Source of the DNA: Eledone cirrhosa
Lineage: Eukaryota
Length of the DNA: 64,000 nt
NCBI GenBank assembly: GCA_964016885.1
Contig: OZ024747.1
Coordinates: 88,660,001 to 88,724,000, forward strand
Direction of reading: 5' to 3'
The notes beneath the pieces are model-generated. The model was not told where the DNA came from. It made no database searches and was given only the letters and a program-made list of their open reading frames with translations. The number at the start of each line of letters is the position of its first letter. The first letter of the stretch is position 1. Position numbers and translations under genes: made by a program. This document shows, in pieces, positions 16,291 to 28,865 of the stretch.

Positions 16291-17804
16291 AAAGTTCATA
16301 TGAGCGAGAAGAAGAAGAAGAAGAAGAAGAAGAAGAAGAAGAAGAAGAAGAAGAAGAAGAAGAAGAAGAAGAAGAAGAAGAAGAAGAAGAAGAAGAAGGC
16401 GGAGGAGGAGATATGGTAACTTTATAGTCAACACAAAAATAAGGAATATCAAAAACAAATATTTAGATGGAGGATTGTCAAGGATGAGATTTCAAATATA
16501 AGATAATGAAAGAAAGATGGCAGAACTAAGAACGTAAAGTAATAGGATTAGATACAACAAAGGTTGTTTTTCCATCGTCTCTATCGATTTTGTCAATAAA
16601 AGTATATTGATGTTTTGTTTCACAGGATCTGAGCAACATTTTTTCCTTTACATTTTATCAAAAGTATCTTTTGTCAAAAAGCATATATAGACATTTATAT
16701 ATATATGTATGTGTGTAGTAGATTATCATACACAAATTTGCTCACATGTATGTGTGCCGTTTAATGTGCATACACATGCAAGTTGGCACTAATTCTGATG
16801 TCTGACATACAGTGTTGTCCATACGTTCTCAGAAAGACATACATACACACACAGAGAGAGAATTGTAGATATGATATATACACATAACTTAATAACCTCG
16901 AGTCCAAATTCACATATAATAAGTATTGATTAATCTACTTACGATATGTTAATCAATTTTATGCATTGATATGAGATGTCGAAGCGAAACAATTTTGTAG
17001 CAATAAATAGAACGGGCAGTTCGTAATTAGGAGTTGCTTTAAGATAGTTTGGAAGATTCTACTTGTGGAAAACAGTAGCAATGGAAATAACAAAACGAAA
17101 ACAACCTTCAAATCTCATTTTAGATACAATTGTTTCCAGGATCTATGATGTGCAACTGTGATTACGAACATACTTAAATAATTGTTTCTACTTTTGGCAC
17201 AAGGCCCCCAATTATCCCAGTACATGCCAAACATAATATAGTGTTAAGATCTAACGAAAGGAAAATATAAAGAAAGTCTAGAACAGAAACAATCAACAAA
17301 GTAAATTATATATTTTGCATTCGAGGATGTTTATATATTAGCAGCGCTTGATATTATGACAACGTTCTGTGTACAAACGGTATTAATGCAAACTATTAAA
17401 TTTGATTAGTTGGCTTACTTTGTTATTTGCCAGCACACACACATATATCATATATATGTGTGTATGTGTGTGTGTGTGTTATGAAATAATATCGTACAGT
17501 TGTATTTACCTGCACACACGCATACACATATCATGTGTGTGTGTGTGTATGTGTGTGTGTGTTATAAAATAATATCATACAGCTGTAAACATAATCTTGT
17601 AGAACATTAATAATATCAGTTTCTAATTTAGATACAAGTCCAACACAAATGTTAGGGAAGGGCACAGTTGATTAAATCAACCCCAGTTCTTGACTTACTT
17701 TATTTTATCGATCCGGAGGGATGAAATGCAAAGTTCACAAGACGTAATAGAGTGCCACAATATATTTTGTCCGTCTCTCATGATTTTACCAATCCAATAA
17801 TAAA

Positions 17805-18022
17805 TGTTTTTACTTTAGACACAAGGCCAGCAATTTGAAGGGGAGGAGAAAGTCGATTAAATCGACCTCAGTGCATTACTGATACTTGATTTTATCGACC
17901 CCGTAAGGATGAAAGCAAGCTAACCTCTGCAGGATCTGTACTCAGATTGTAAAGGGATGTAACTCTATGCTGCAAAGCATAGTGTCTGACGCTCTGACAA
18001 TGCTACTAATCCACTGCCCTAA
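17805..18022 (-). mobile_element. SINE family A (long variant) whose 5' end seeds the adjacent minisatellite
   Basis: Family A body in reverse orientation, ending ...CTAATCCACTGCCCTAA. Confidence 0.85.
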
Positions 18023-19782
18023 GGCTAATCCACCGCCCTAAGGCTAATCCACCACCCTAAGGCCAACCCACCGCCTAAGGCTAATCCACCGCCCTAAGGC
18101 TAATCCACCACTCTAAGGCCAACCCACCGCCTAAGGCTAATCCACCGCCCTAAGGCTAATCCACCGCCCTACGACTAATCCACCATCCTAAGACTAATCC
18201 ACCATCCTAAGACTAATCCACCATCCTAAGACTAATCCACCATCCTAAGACTAATCCACCATCCTAAGGCTAATCCACCGCCCTAAAACTAATCCATCGC
18301 CCTAAAACTAATCCACCGCCCTAAGACTAATCCACCATCCTAAGGCTAATCCACCGCCCTAAAACTAATCCATCGCCCTAAAACTAATCCATCGCCCTAA
18401 TACTAATCCACCATCCTAAGACTAATCCACCATCCTAAGGCTAATCCACCGCCCTAAAACTAATCCATCGCCCTAATACTAATCCACCATCCTAAAACTA
18501 ATCCACCATCCTAAGGCTAATCCACCGCCCTAAAACTAATCCATCGCCCTAATACTAATCCACCGCCCTAATACTAATCCACCATCCTAAGACTAATCCA
18601 CCATCCTAAGACTAATCCACCGCCCTAAAACTAATCCATCGCCCTAAAACTAATCCATCGCCCTAAAACTAATCCATCGCCCTAATACTAATCCACCATC
18701 CTAAGACTAATCCACCATCCTAAGACTAATCCACCATCCTAAGACTAATCCACCGCCCTAAGACTAATCCACCATCCTAAGGCTAATCCACCGCCCTAAA
18801 ACTAATCCACCGCCCTAAAACTAATCCACCGCCCTAATACTAATCCACCATCCTAAGGCTAATCCACCGCCCTAAGGCTAATCCACCGCCCTAAAACTAA
18901 TCCACCGCCCTAAGACTAATCCACCGCCCTAAGACTAATCCACCGCCCTAAGACTAATCCACCGCCCTAAGACTAATCCACCATCCTAAGGCTAATCCAC
19001 CATCCTAAGGCTAATCCACCATCCTAAGGCTAATCCACCGCCCTAAGGCTAATCCACCGCCCTAAAACTAATCCACCGCCCTAAGACTAATCCACCGCCC
19101 TAAGACTAATCCACCGCCCTAAGACTAATCCACCATCCTAAGACTAATCCCCGCCCTAAGGCTAATCCACCATCCTAAGGGTAATCCACCACCCTAAGGC
19201 TAATCCACCGCCCTAAAACTAATCCACCGCCCTAAGACTAATCCACCGCCCTAAAACTAATCCACCGCCCTAAGACTAATCCACCGCCCTAAAACTAATC
19301 CACCGCCCTAAGACTAATCCACCGCCCTAAAACTAATCCACCGCCCTAAGACTAATCCACCGCCCTAAAACTAATCCACCGCCCTAGGACTAATCCACCA
19401 TCCTAAAACTAATCCACCGCCCTAAGACTAATCCACCGCCCTAAGGCTAATCCACCGCCCTAAGACTAATCCACCGCCCTAAGACTAATCCACCGCCCTA
19501 AGACTTATCCACCGCCCTAAGACTTATCCACCATCCTAAGACTAATCCACCGCCCTAAGACTAATTCACCGCCCTAAGACTAATCCACCGCCCTAAGACT
19601 AATCCACCGCCCTAAGACTAATCCACCGCCCTAAGACTAATCCACCGCCCTAAGACTTATCCACCGCCCTAAGACTAATCCACCGCCCTAAGACTAATCC
19701 ACCGCCCTAAGACTTATCCACCGCCCTAAGACTAATCCACCGCCCTAAGACTTATCCACCATCCTAAGACTAATCCACCGCT
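18006..19782. repeat. 19-bp minisatellite (GACTAATCCACCGCCCTAA)n, ~93 units, with variant units
   Basis: Period of 19 is visible. Variants GG/GA/AA/TA-CTAAT and CGC/CAT are interspersed. Confidence 0.97.
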
Positions 19783-19794
19783 CTTAACATTCCA

Positions 19795-20575
19795 GTAATA
19801 ATAATTTCTTTTATTCGTCACGTAGGTCCACGAAATACAAAAGAAGACAAGAAAAGAAGCAATGGTGAAATGATGCCAAGTAAAAGGCTGAAATCAGCAA
19901 TAACACTAAAGATACATAACTAAACTGATAACAACATATAGCAATGATAATTCAGAACAACAAAAACAATAACCATAAAGAATCTCTAAAACTGGACAGA
20001 GGAACACATCATATATGTTACTTGGTGGCATCTTAGACACAATCAAGGTTACCTTGACACATTAAAGGTTGCTTCACTCAATCTTTCCCCCATTCTACAC
20101 CTGCATAATAAGAGTAGGATAATTTAGCCACCACCACACACACGTCATATAAAATTTACTGGAAGGCCTCACTCCTGCGCAACCCTTACGTTCGTATTCA
20201 AGTGGTATTTCAACAAGTTGATGAGGTTTGGGCTTCAGAGGAAAGGTTTTGCCCACAAACCTCCTACCTACGGTCACCACCCAAATTTTATCGTCGCAGC
20301 TTCTATGTAGAAGAGGATTATTAACGCGGCCATGTTTGTAGAATTTATCCCCGTACAGGCAAAACTCCACCCTGTAATACTGAGATGCTAACGACCTTTG
20401 GAAATTGTCTATAAATGCCAATCCGAAAACTCTTTAAAAGGGCCTACTCGAATTTCTTTGAGGACGCCTAAAATTCCTTCAAAGTCATCGTTTTGCATAA
20501 CCTCTGTAACTCACTATAAAATACAAGATTTGATGTTTTCCACCACTGCATTGTCCATTTGATAGAGGCAACATT
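19795..20575 (-). mobile_element. L1/Tx1-like LINE 3' remnant
   Basis: Minus-strand 'LFKRVFG...IDNFQRSLASQYYR...DKFYKHGRV' resembles the region preceding the C-terminal zinc finger of L1/Tx1 ORF2. It ends in AATAAAGAAATTATTATT, as does the plus-strand copy at 23460-23800. Confidence 0.6.
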
Positions 20576-21136
20576 AGAAACACTAATAATAATTGTTTCT
20601 ACTTATGGCACAAGGCCAGCAATTACCCAGTGTATTACTGGTACTTTATTTTATCGACCCCGTAAAGATGAAAGGCAAAGTTAACCTCGGCGGGATTAGA
20701 AACACTAATAATAATATATTCTTTATTGGTTCACAGTTTCCAATACAAAACCTACTATGTAAAAAGAATGACGAAGCACACATGTAGATTACATATGGAT
20801 AAATGCTGCAGTGGAAGTGGATGTGTCTGGTTTCTGCTGCGCATACGCCCTCAAAGATTTTGCATCATCAGGTGGGGCGATCCAGGGTAAGTGATTTCCA
20901 GCTACTGTTGACGATTTTGAGGGACACATTTAATCTTGAAATAGGACATATGAATAAATTAAGGTTAAAAAAAATCGCTCCTCGTTTTATACGCATAGCT
21001 GTGGCTTACAAACTTCGAATGATATATATATATATATATATATAACGAAGGAAATGTGGTAAGGAACCAGGTGGACCATAACGCACCAAAGTACTCAATA
21101 CTTAGAGTAGTAGAGTGGGCAATAGGAACAAGTAAG

Positions 21137-21230
21137 ACCCCGACGGCTGAGCTCAAGCCGTTTCGACGGCTAATTCTGGACTGAATGAAAATTTATTCTG
21201 GTATTTAAATAGCCGAGCTTATCAAGGGGT
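21137..21230 (-). ncRNA. Type I hammerhead ribozyme, U3-A8 core variant (family D element 21042-21240)
   Basis: Minus strand: ACCCC-UUGAUAA-G..CGGCUA[long loop]UAGCCG.C-GAAA-CGGCU[UGAGCUC]AGCCG-UC|GGGGU. All three stems pair and the cleavage triplet is GUC. Confidence 0.8.
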
Positions 21231-21362
21231 AATTCCATATCTATATATATATATATATATATATATTCCATATATATATATATATAAAAAATGGAAAGGT
21301 ATATTTTCAAATATACCTAACTGTACCAAAGATCTCACACATTTTCCAATATATATATATAT

Positions 21363-21743
<381 letters not shown>

Positions 21744-21908
21744 GTGGATCACAAAGAGAGAGAAGTGATTCCAATGAGAGTAATATGATAGTTAATCATG
21801 CAAATTCATTCAATTTGTCGAGTATACATCAATGTATGCATTCAAATATCAGGACAACATTACTTATTCTCCTATGTAAATATTTCCATATGCATATGTT
21901 TAGCTTTA

Positions 21909-22060
<152 letters not shown>

Positions 22061-22144
22061 GTTTATTTATAGAAATATATTAATCTTTAAATATACGTAT
22101 ATATACAAATGTATACAGATGTATATAAATAAATATACAAACAT

Positions 22145-22207
<63 letters not shown>

Positions 22208-22374
22208 AATGTGTAAGTGTTCTTGTATGTGTGTATGTGTATGAGTGCTAAAATCGGTAATTACGGTGTAGATCCATTGGGACATTTGCTGTTATTTTCT
22301 AGGTAAATTTTCAGTTCCAGTAAACTATTCAAACGGTGTTCGTTTAAACACGTATATATATAGATATATACAAA

Positions 22375-22477
22375 TACAGGGTGTTCCCCAAAAATGTATA
22401 CACACTTTGATTACCTGTACAGCCAATATTTATTAGAGTGCACAACCTTTGTGTATACACTTTTGGAGACATCCTAT
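22375..22477. mobile_element. Tc1/mariner-type MITE
   Basis: TA|CAGGGTGTTCCCCAAAAATGTATACACA...TGTGTATACACTTTTGGAGACATCCTA|TA. Sister copy at 31578-31660 and a left end at 41956-41982. Confidence 0.7.
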
Positions 22478-22551
22478 AGATATAAATATATGTGTGCATA
22501 TACATACATATGTGCATAAATATATATAAACACACATATATACATATATAT

Positions 22552-22640
<89 letters not shown>

Positions 22641-22769
22641 TATACATATATATATAAAAGGTGATGCCTCAGCATCATCGCACTCACATGACTGAAATCA
22701 GTAAAAATAATATTATACATACATATACACACATTTATTTCAGTATATATTCTGCATATATATATATAT

Positions 22770-22939
22770 AGTAATAATAATAAATTTGAAGACTAGAATC
22801 CAAAGAGGACTCGGTAAGGATAAATATATATCAAATATATAAGAACCGTAGAGCAAATATTTATTAAAATAACAGATTAAAGTTTAAGCAAAGGGTGATA
22901 GCAGCGATTCTTTGCTTAAACTTTAATCTGTTATTTTAT

Positions 22940-22945
<6 letters not shown>
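22770..22945 (-). mobile_element. (TA)n-embedded element family F with terminal inverted partial copy
   Basis: 22858-22893 is inverted at 22910-22945. The body is the reverse complement of 53718-53826, which has its own foldback at 53696-53740. Confidence 0.65.
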
Positions 22946-23013
<68 letters not shown>

Positions 23014-23237
23014 AAAGACACTTACAATTTGTTTGCTTATTTATTAAAGAAATGTGTGCTTCAAGAATTTTGTATTTTTTCTGCTGATCTGGTTGGTTTC
23101 TTTACAATTGTGAAAGTATTATTAAATATTTTGCTATTTATAATGGTGAATGTATTATTATATATTTCATGTTAAATGCTTCTTGTTTTTATTGCCAATC
23201 AAATACTGAATATATAATTCGGACAGTTGTAAATGTA

Positions 23238-23277
<40 letters not shown>

Positions 23278-23356
23278 TGGCGCATGCTTCTGATATTCTC
23301 AGACATGGCAACTTTAATCTAATTTTGGTAGTATACACTCACACATACACACACAC

Positions 23357-23390
<34 letters not shown>

Positions 23391-23459
23391 CAAACAATTC
23401 GATTGGTATCTGCTATATTACGGCTACAACTTTGATTTATACCCATTGTTATTATTTAT

Positions 23460-23800
23460 TGAAAGATGGGTGAGAGAGGCAAGAATGGCCCGAGTGAATG
23501 TGTCTGTAAATTAAAGGTGGAAAACTGGGAGAGGGCCCTAGTGGTCAGGGTCACTGTGTCTTTTTAATGGGCTTTCTCCACGAATGTCCCTCGGAAGTCT
23601 CCCTCGTATTGGGGAATTTTTCATTGTTATTTTTTGTTACATCCTCTGTTTTTGTTTTTTACACGCAAAAATGCCCATTTGTACCGTCCTGTATTGTCCT
23701 GTACTGTCCTTAATGTCTATTTTGTGTAAACCCTTATGGTTAATAAAGAAATCATTATTAGGCCAATAAATGAAATCATTATTATTATAACAATTATTAT
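23460..23800 (+). mobile_element. L1/Tx1-like LINE 3' end and UTR
   Basis: 'ERWVREARMARVN' ORF end, T-rich UTR, AATAAAGAAATCATTATT terminus duplicated at 23766-23785. Confidence 0.55.
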
Positions 23801-23820
23801 TATTATTATATATATATAAA

Positions 23821-23890
<70 letters not shown>

Positions 23891-24250
23891 TAATCACTTA
23901 CTGGTGAATGGTGTTCCTTGGTTTTAATGATGCTTATTACTAATATCGATAACTTGTGATTGAGCCCAATTAGTAAATCGGTTATAAGCATCATATTTTG
24001 GAATTCTTCATGAAACGGCTGTTTAAGACCACTTTAGGCAATTTTGGCTTGATTTTTTTCTTTAAGTGAGTACATTTATTATTTGTCGTTCTGTATGTAT
24101 GTACACAATACTAGTTGTTTTTCAAATAGATATATGGAAAAAATGTATGTATATATATATATATATATACATTGTTTATGTATGGTGGTGCCCCAGCATG
24201 GCCTCAGCCGGATGGCTGAAACAGGTAAAAGAGTAAAAGAGTAATATATA

Positions 24251-24403
<153 letters not shown>

Positions 24404-24583
24404 ATTGCCCCCTAGCCATGCTGGAGGTGCTGATTTGAAGAATATTAGCCATTCATAACGACCTCCGTTTGTTAATCTGGTACTTAATTTATCGATCCAT
24501 ACTCATTGCTTGTATTGATAACATAACATCAGTTTTAACTGATGACATTTTGTCAAACACATACACACACACACACCCACACT

Positions 24584-24660
<77 letters not shown>

Positions 24661-24789
24661 GGGCAGGGGACATATATAAATTTATTTTCGAACAGAAGTA
24701 TACAAAAAGACATTGAATAAACAGGAAGGGAGAAAGAGAGAAAATGATGTGAAAAATTAAATAATGGAAGAAAAGAGGAAGGTGGAGAC

Positions 24790-26010
24790 GTCAAACTCTA
24801 CAACTTTTACTAGGCGGTACATCACATCTCCGTCCCGCAAACAAGATGGCGAAGGCATTGGAGTGGAAAATAGCCACTGACACACACTGCTTCAGCCATT
24901 TCACCCTCCAAAGCTCTTTCCTCAATCGGGATTCAATTGTTCCTATTTTGCAAAGGAAAATAACAGTCGGCACACCGGAGATACCAGAGGTCTCGATGAC
25001 AACTGAACTTAAAAATAAGTGGTTGGCCAAAGACCAGTATTTGGTTAACTTCAGCTCACAAAATAAATAATTGTAAAATAAATAATATTCGCCGAAAGTC
25101 ATCAACAAAGTAGGTGACCAAGGAAAACTCCAAACCGATCTCCACGCTGTAAACAAAACAACACAATATGCTGTTAAACGATGGAAAATTCAAATTTTTA
25201 AAAAAGATGATATACTTAAACAAAGATATTCTCTTCCTTATATAGAAGCACACGAGACATCAACAGAAGCAACAAGTAACTGTTGACAACATCCTCAGAT
25301 GTAGTAATCACATCCAGAATAAAGTTGGTGTGGCTCACACAATGAAATCCAGGATCTTCAGAACTATGCTGTCTAGGGGTCATTATCCTTCCTTTCTCTA
25401 CTGATCGCCATAACAAAATATTCCTAGGATCAAAGCACATCAGAGGACAATTACAAAAAGATAATAAATGCCATGACACGCCTTCATTATTGGGATCTCA
25501 AGGGCGATGGAGTGGGAGTATCGGTAGAGCGTCGAACACCTTTCATCGTGGCATAGAGTTACGGCCCTTTACATTCTAAATTCAAATCCCGCCGAGGTCA
25601 ACTTTGCCTTTCATCTTTGCGGGGTCGATAAAATAAAGTACTATTTAATCGATTTTCCCCTCCCCTTCAAATTGCCGGCTTTGTGAAACAATTATTGGAA
25701 TCTCATAAAAACGCTCAAAGTCGCTGCGACTGCTACTTTATATGAACAATATGGAGAATATTCCATCAACAATACCCTTCGGCATCACATTTTTATTCAC
25801 TCAAGGATTATCTCCTATAAATTTGAACTCTCAGCAAGTAACCACATAACGGCTTGATTGATTATTGTCTCACAACATATCAATGAAAAAAATGCATAAC
25901 CTTCAAATTTTATCTGAACAAAATCCTCCAAGAAATACCAGACATACCGCCAACACCTGGATATGTTTCGGCAAGCAACTCCTTATTTGAAGGAGCTATG
26001 GCTTTCCAAA
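24790..26010 (+). mobile_element. Degenerate CR1-clade LINE ORF2 C-terminus, interrupted by SINE A (~25501-25697)
   Basis: Fragments 'DQGKLQTDLHAV...NMLLNDGKF...QRYSLP', 'HQRTITK...MTRLHYWDL' and the terminal 'ILQEIPDIPPTPGYVSASNSL' are typical of CR1 ORF2 ends. Confidence 0.7.
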
Positions 26011-26196
26011 GTATACGTTAAAAACCCCCACTGAAATGACTTTATCTGATGATATTTAACTTTGCTTTTCATCCTTACGGGGTCGATAAAATAAAGTACC
26101 AGTAATGCACTGGGATAATTGCTAGCCTTGTGCCAAAAGTAGAAACAATTATTAAGTTAGACAAAGTAAATGCATTATGTGTGTGTGTGTGTGTGT

Positions 26197-26250
<54 letters not shown>

Positions 26251-27247
26251 TATCAACACAACTTTCCTAAAGTCAAAAGTACTAACTTAAATAGCAGCCT
26301 TGCTGGTCTTAACTCATAACATATCATATATATAAATTACATACATGTATACATACGGTGGTTATCCGTATACGAAATTCCACTCACAAGGTATTAGTAA
26401 CAATATTTATTGTTGTAGTTTTTTTTTGTTTTTTTTCCTCTTTTCAATCTTTATTCATTAATTAAATTGAAAATATCATTAACGTTGCCTTTACGATTCC
26501 TGTCTATCCATCACTACCAGCTGCACCGTGTAGCTGAAACGGTAGACCGATGGCTTAAATTTGTAACAACCTTTCAACGTTGGTAACGTTCTGCGTTCAA
26601 ATGACTTATATGTCGATATTGCCATTCGTTCTTAAGGGGTCGATAGAATAAGTACCAGGCACATAAAAAGGGGTCAATTTAATTGACTATACTCACACAT
26701 GAATTTTTTTTTTTTTTTTCCCCGTAATTTTGTGGATTTGTTTGTGCTCATGTCAGACACGACTATATTTAACTATATAATCCCTTGCATTATGGTTCGT
26801 AAAGAAGAAATTAAGAAATGTTATGTGAAGTGGTAAATCTCCAAGTATTTTTAATTCACAGTTCAAACCGATTTGTTTCACATTCGATCCTAATCTTCTT
26901 TACAAAATCATCAATGTTACACCCCCCCCCATTTTCCATCCCACAACCCCAAGAAAGTTTGTCGTTTTGTGCCTCAGTAAAAAATCAATCTTGTAACAAT
27001 GAGACAATATTATATTATGTTATATATTTTATATATATACTTATACATATATATATATATATTATACATACGTATACATATATATATTATATATACGTAT
27101 ACATATATATGTATATATATTATATATATATATACGCATACATATATATATTATATATATGCGTTTACATATATTATATGTAGAAAGAGAGATATTATAT
27201 ATGTATATATGTTTACATATTCATTTACATTAGGGATAAAAGGTGAG

Positions 27248-27297
27248 TCTTGTTACTCTGGAGTTTCGCCTGTTTATCACAGGGTCATCAGACAAGA
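27248..27297 (-). ncRNA. Type I hammerhead ribozyme (family G, inverted copy)
   Basis: Minus strand: UCUUGU-CUGAUGA-C-CCUG[UGAUAAA]CAGG-C-GAAA-CUC[CA]GAG-UA|ACAAGA. Confidence 0.8.
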
Positions 27298-27514
27298 ACT
27301 AACGTTTCAATGGCAGACAGTATAAATAAGGAAGGCTTTGTGTGGGAGAAGGAGGATTTAATTGAGAAGGGGTAAGCAGCATATAATAAAGTTAAGTTGT
27401 ATATTAATTAGAAGAGACAGTGCAAAACAGATTTTAGTAATACAAATTTCTAAATCGTAAACAATTCTATTTCAAATAACAACAACACCTCAGATATTGT
27501 TGTCTTCCTGTTTC

Positions 27515-27600
27515 TTCTACAACAACTACAAGGGTACGCGATGGGGCCCAGCCACAGCCCCGGCGGACAGAACGGAGAAGGTGTTTCCCCAGGGTGGTGG
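27515..27600 (-). mobile_element. 3' end of CRE-like non-LTR element
   Basis: 'GNTFSVLSAGAVAGPHRVPL*' plus a (TTG/TAG) tail, homologous to 58498-58570. Confidence 0.7.
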
Positions 27601-27802
27601 CAGCAGTGGGGTGGAAGAAGAAGACAATAAAGGGTAGTAGTGGGTGTAGCCATAGAAATTTAACTGGTCAGTGGAAGGCAGGTGGTGAATATGGAGGTGG
27701 TGTATAGTGGTTAATGAAAAATGTTGGTGGGATTGGCAGGATAAAGTACTGGATGGAATACACATATGTATACAATTATATGCCAACATATCTACATATA
27801 CA

Positions 27803-27976
27803 CACCACATCTTCCGGCGTTGAAGACGCTACTTTTTCCCTAAAATAAGTCTCAAAAATCTACCATGCGTCCTGGACACCGAAGGTTATTGTTTTTTTTT
27901 TTTTCAAATTTTTGGTTGTCAAACTTAAGGTGCGTCCTCGAGGACGCAGCGTCTTCGGCGCCGGGAAATAGGGTAC
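27803..27976. mobile_element. Tc2/Tigger-like (Tc1/mariner) MITE
   Basis: Degenerate TIRs CACCACATCTTCCGGCGTTGAAGACGC / GCGTCTTCGGCGCCGGGAAATAGGG|TA. Confidence 0.6.
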
Positions 27977-27983
27977 TTCTAAC

Positions 27984-28600
27984 ATATACATGTGCTACAT
28001 GTAAATAAATAAATATATATACATGTGCTATATGTAAATAAATAAATATATATACATGTGCTATATGTAAATAAATAAATATATATACATGTGCTATATG
28101 TAAATAAATAAATATATATATACATGTGCTATATGTAAATAAATAAATATATATATACATGTGCTATATGTAAATAAATAAATATATATACATGTGCTAT
28201 ATGTAAATAAATAAATATATATATACATGTGCTATATGTAAATAAATAAATATATATATACATGTGCTATATGTAAATAAATAAATATATATATACATGT
28301 GCTATATGTAAATAAATAAATATATATACATGTGCTATATGTAAATAAATAAATATATATACATGTGCTATATGTAAATAAATAAATATATATACATGTG
28401 CTATATGTAAATAAATAAATATATATACATGTGCTATATGTAAATAAATAAATATATATATACATGTGCTATATGTAAATAAATAAATATATATATACAT
28501 GTGCTATATGTAAATAAATAAATATATATATACATGTGCTATATGTAAATAAATAAATATATATACATGTGCTATATGTAAATAAATAAATATATATACA
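27984..28600. repeat. 33/35-bp minisatellite (ACATGTGCTATATGTAAATAAATAAATATATAT[AT])n, ~18 units
   Basis: Visible; units differ mainly by one AT dinucleotide. Confidence 0.95.
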
Positions 28601-28815
28601 CACAAGCACAGCTATACTTATAAAGAACCTTCAATGAAGTATATAAAAAAGTGTTTAAAAATTTATTAAAAAATTACAAAAGTTTTTAAAGATACGCATA
28701 TGAGATACATGAACGCGCAGGTAAACCTAAAAACATAAACATATAAATATATACACATACACACGCACACCCAAGTCTTCCTTATTTATACTGTATCTGC
28801 TATTGAAACGTTAGT

Positions 28816-28865
28816 TCTTGTCTGATGACCCTGTAATAAACAGGCGAAACTCCAGAGTAACAAGA
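28816..28865 (+). ncRNA. Type I hammerhead ribozyme (family G; element ~28770-28950)
   Basis: TCTTGT-CTGATGA-C-CCTG[TAATAAA]CAGG-C-GAAA-CTC[CA]GAG-TA|ACAAGA: 6-bp stem I and GUA triplet; predicted cut after 28859. Confidence 0.82.

Noticed and set aside
18006-19782. CRISPR array or true telomere
   Set aside because: Units are contiguous with no unique spacers, and TTAGGG occurs once per 19 bp rather than in tandem.
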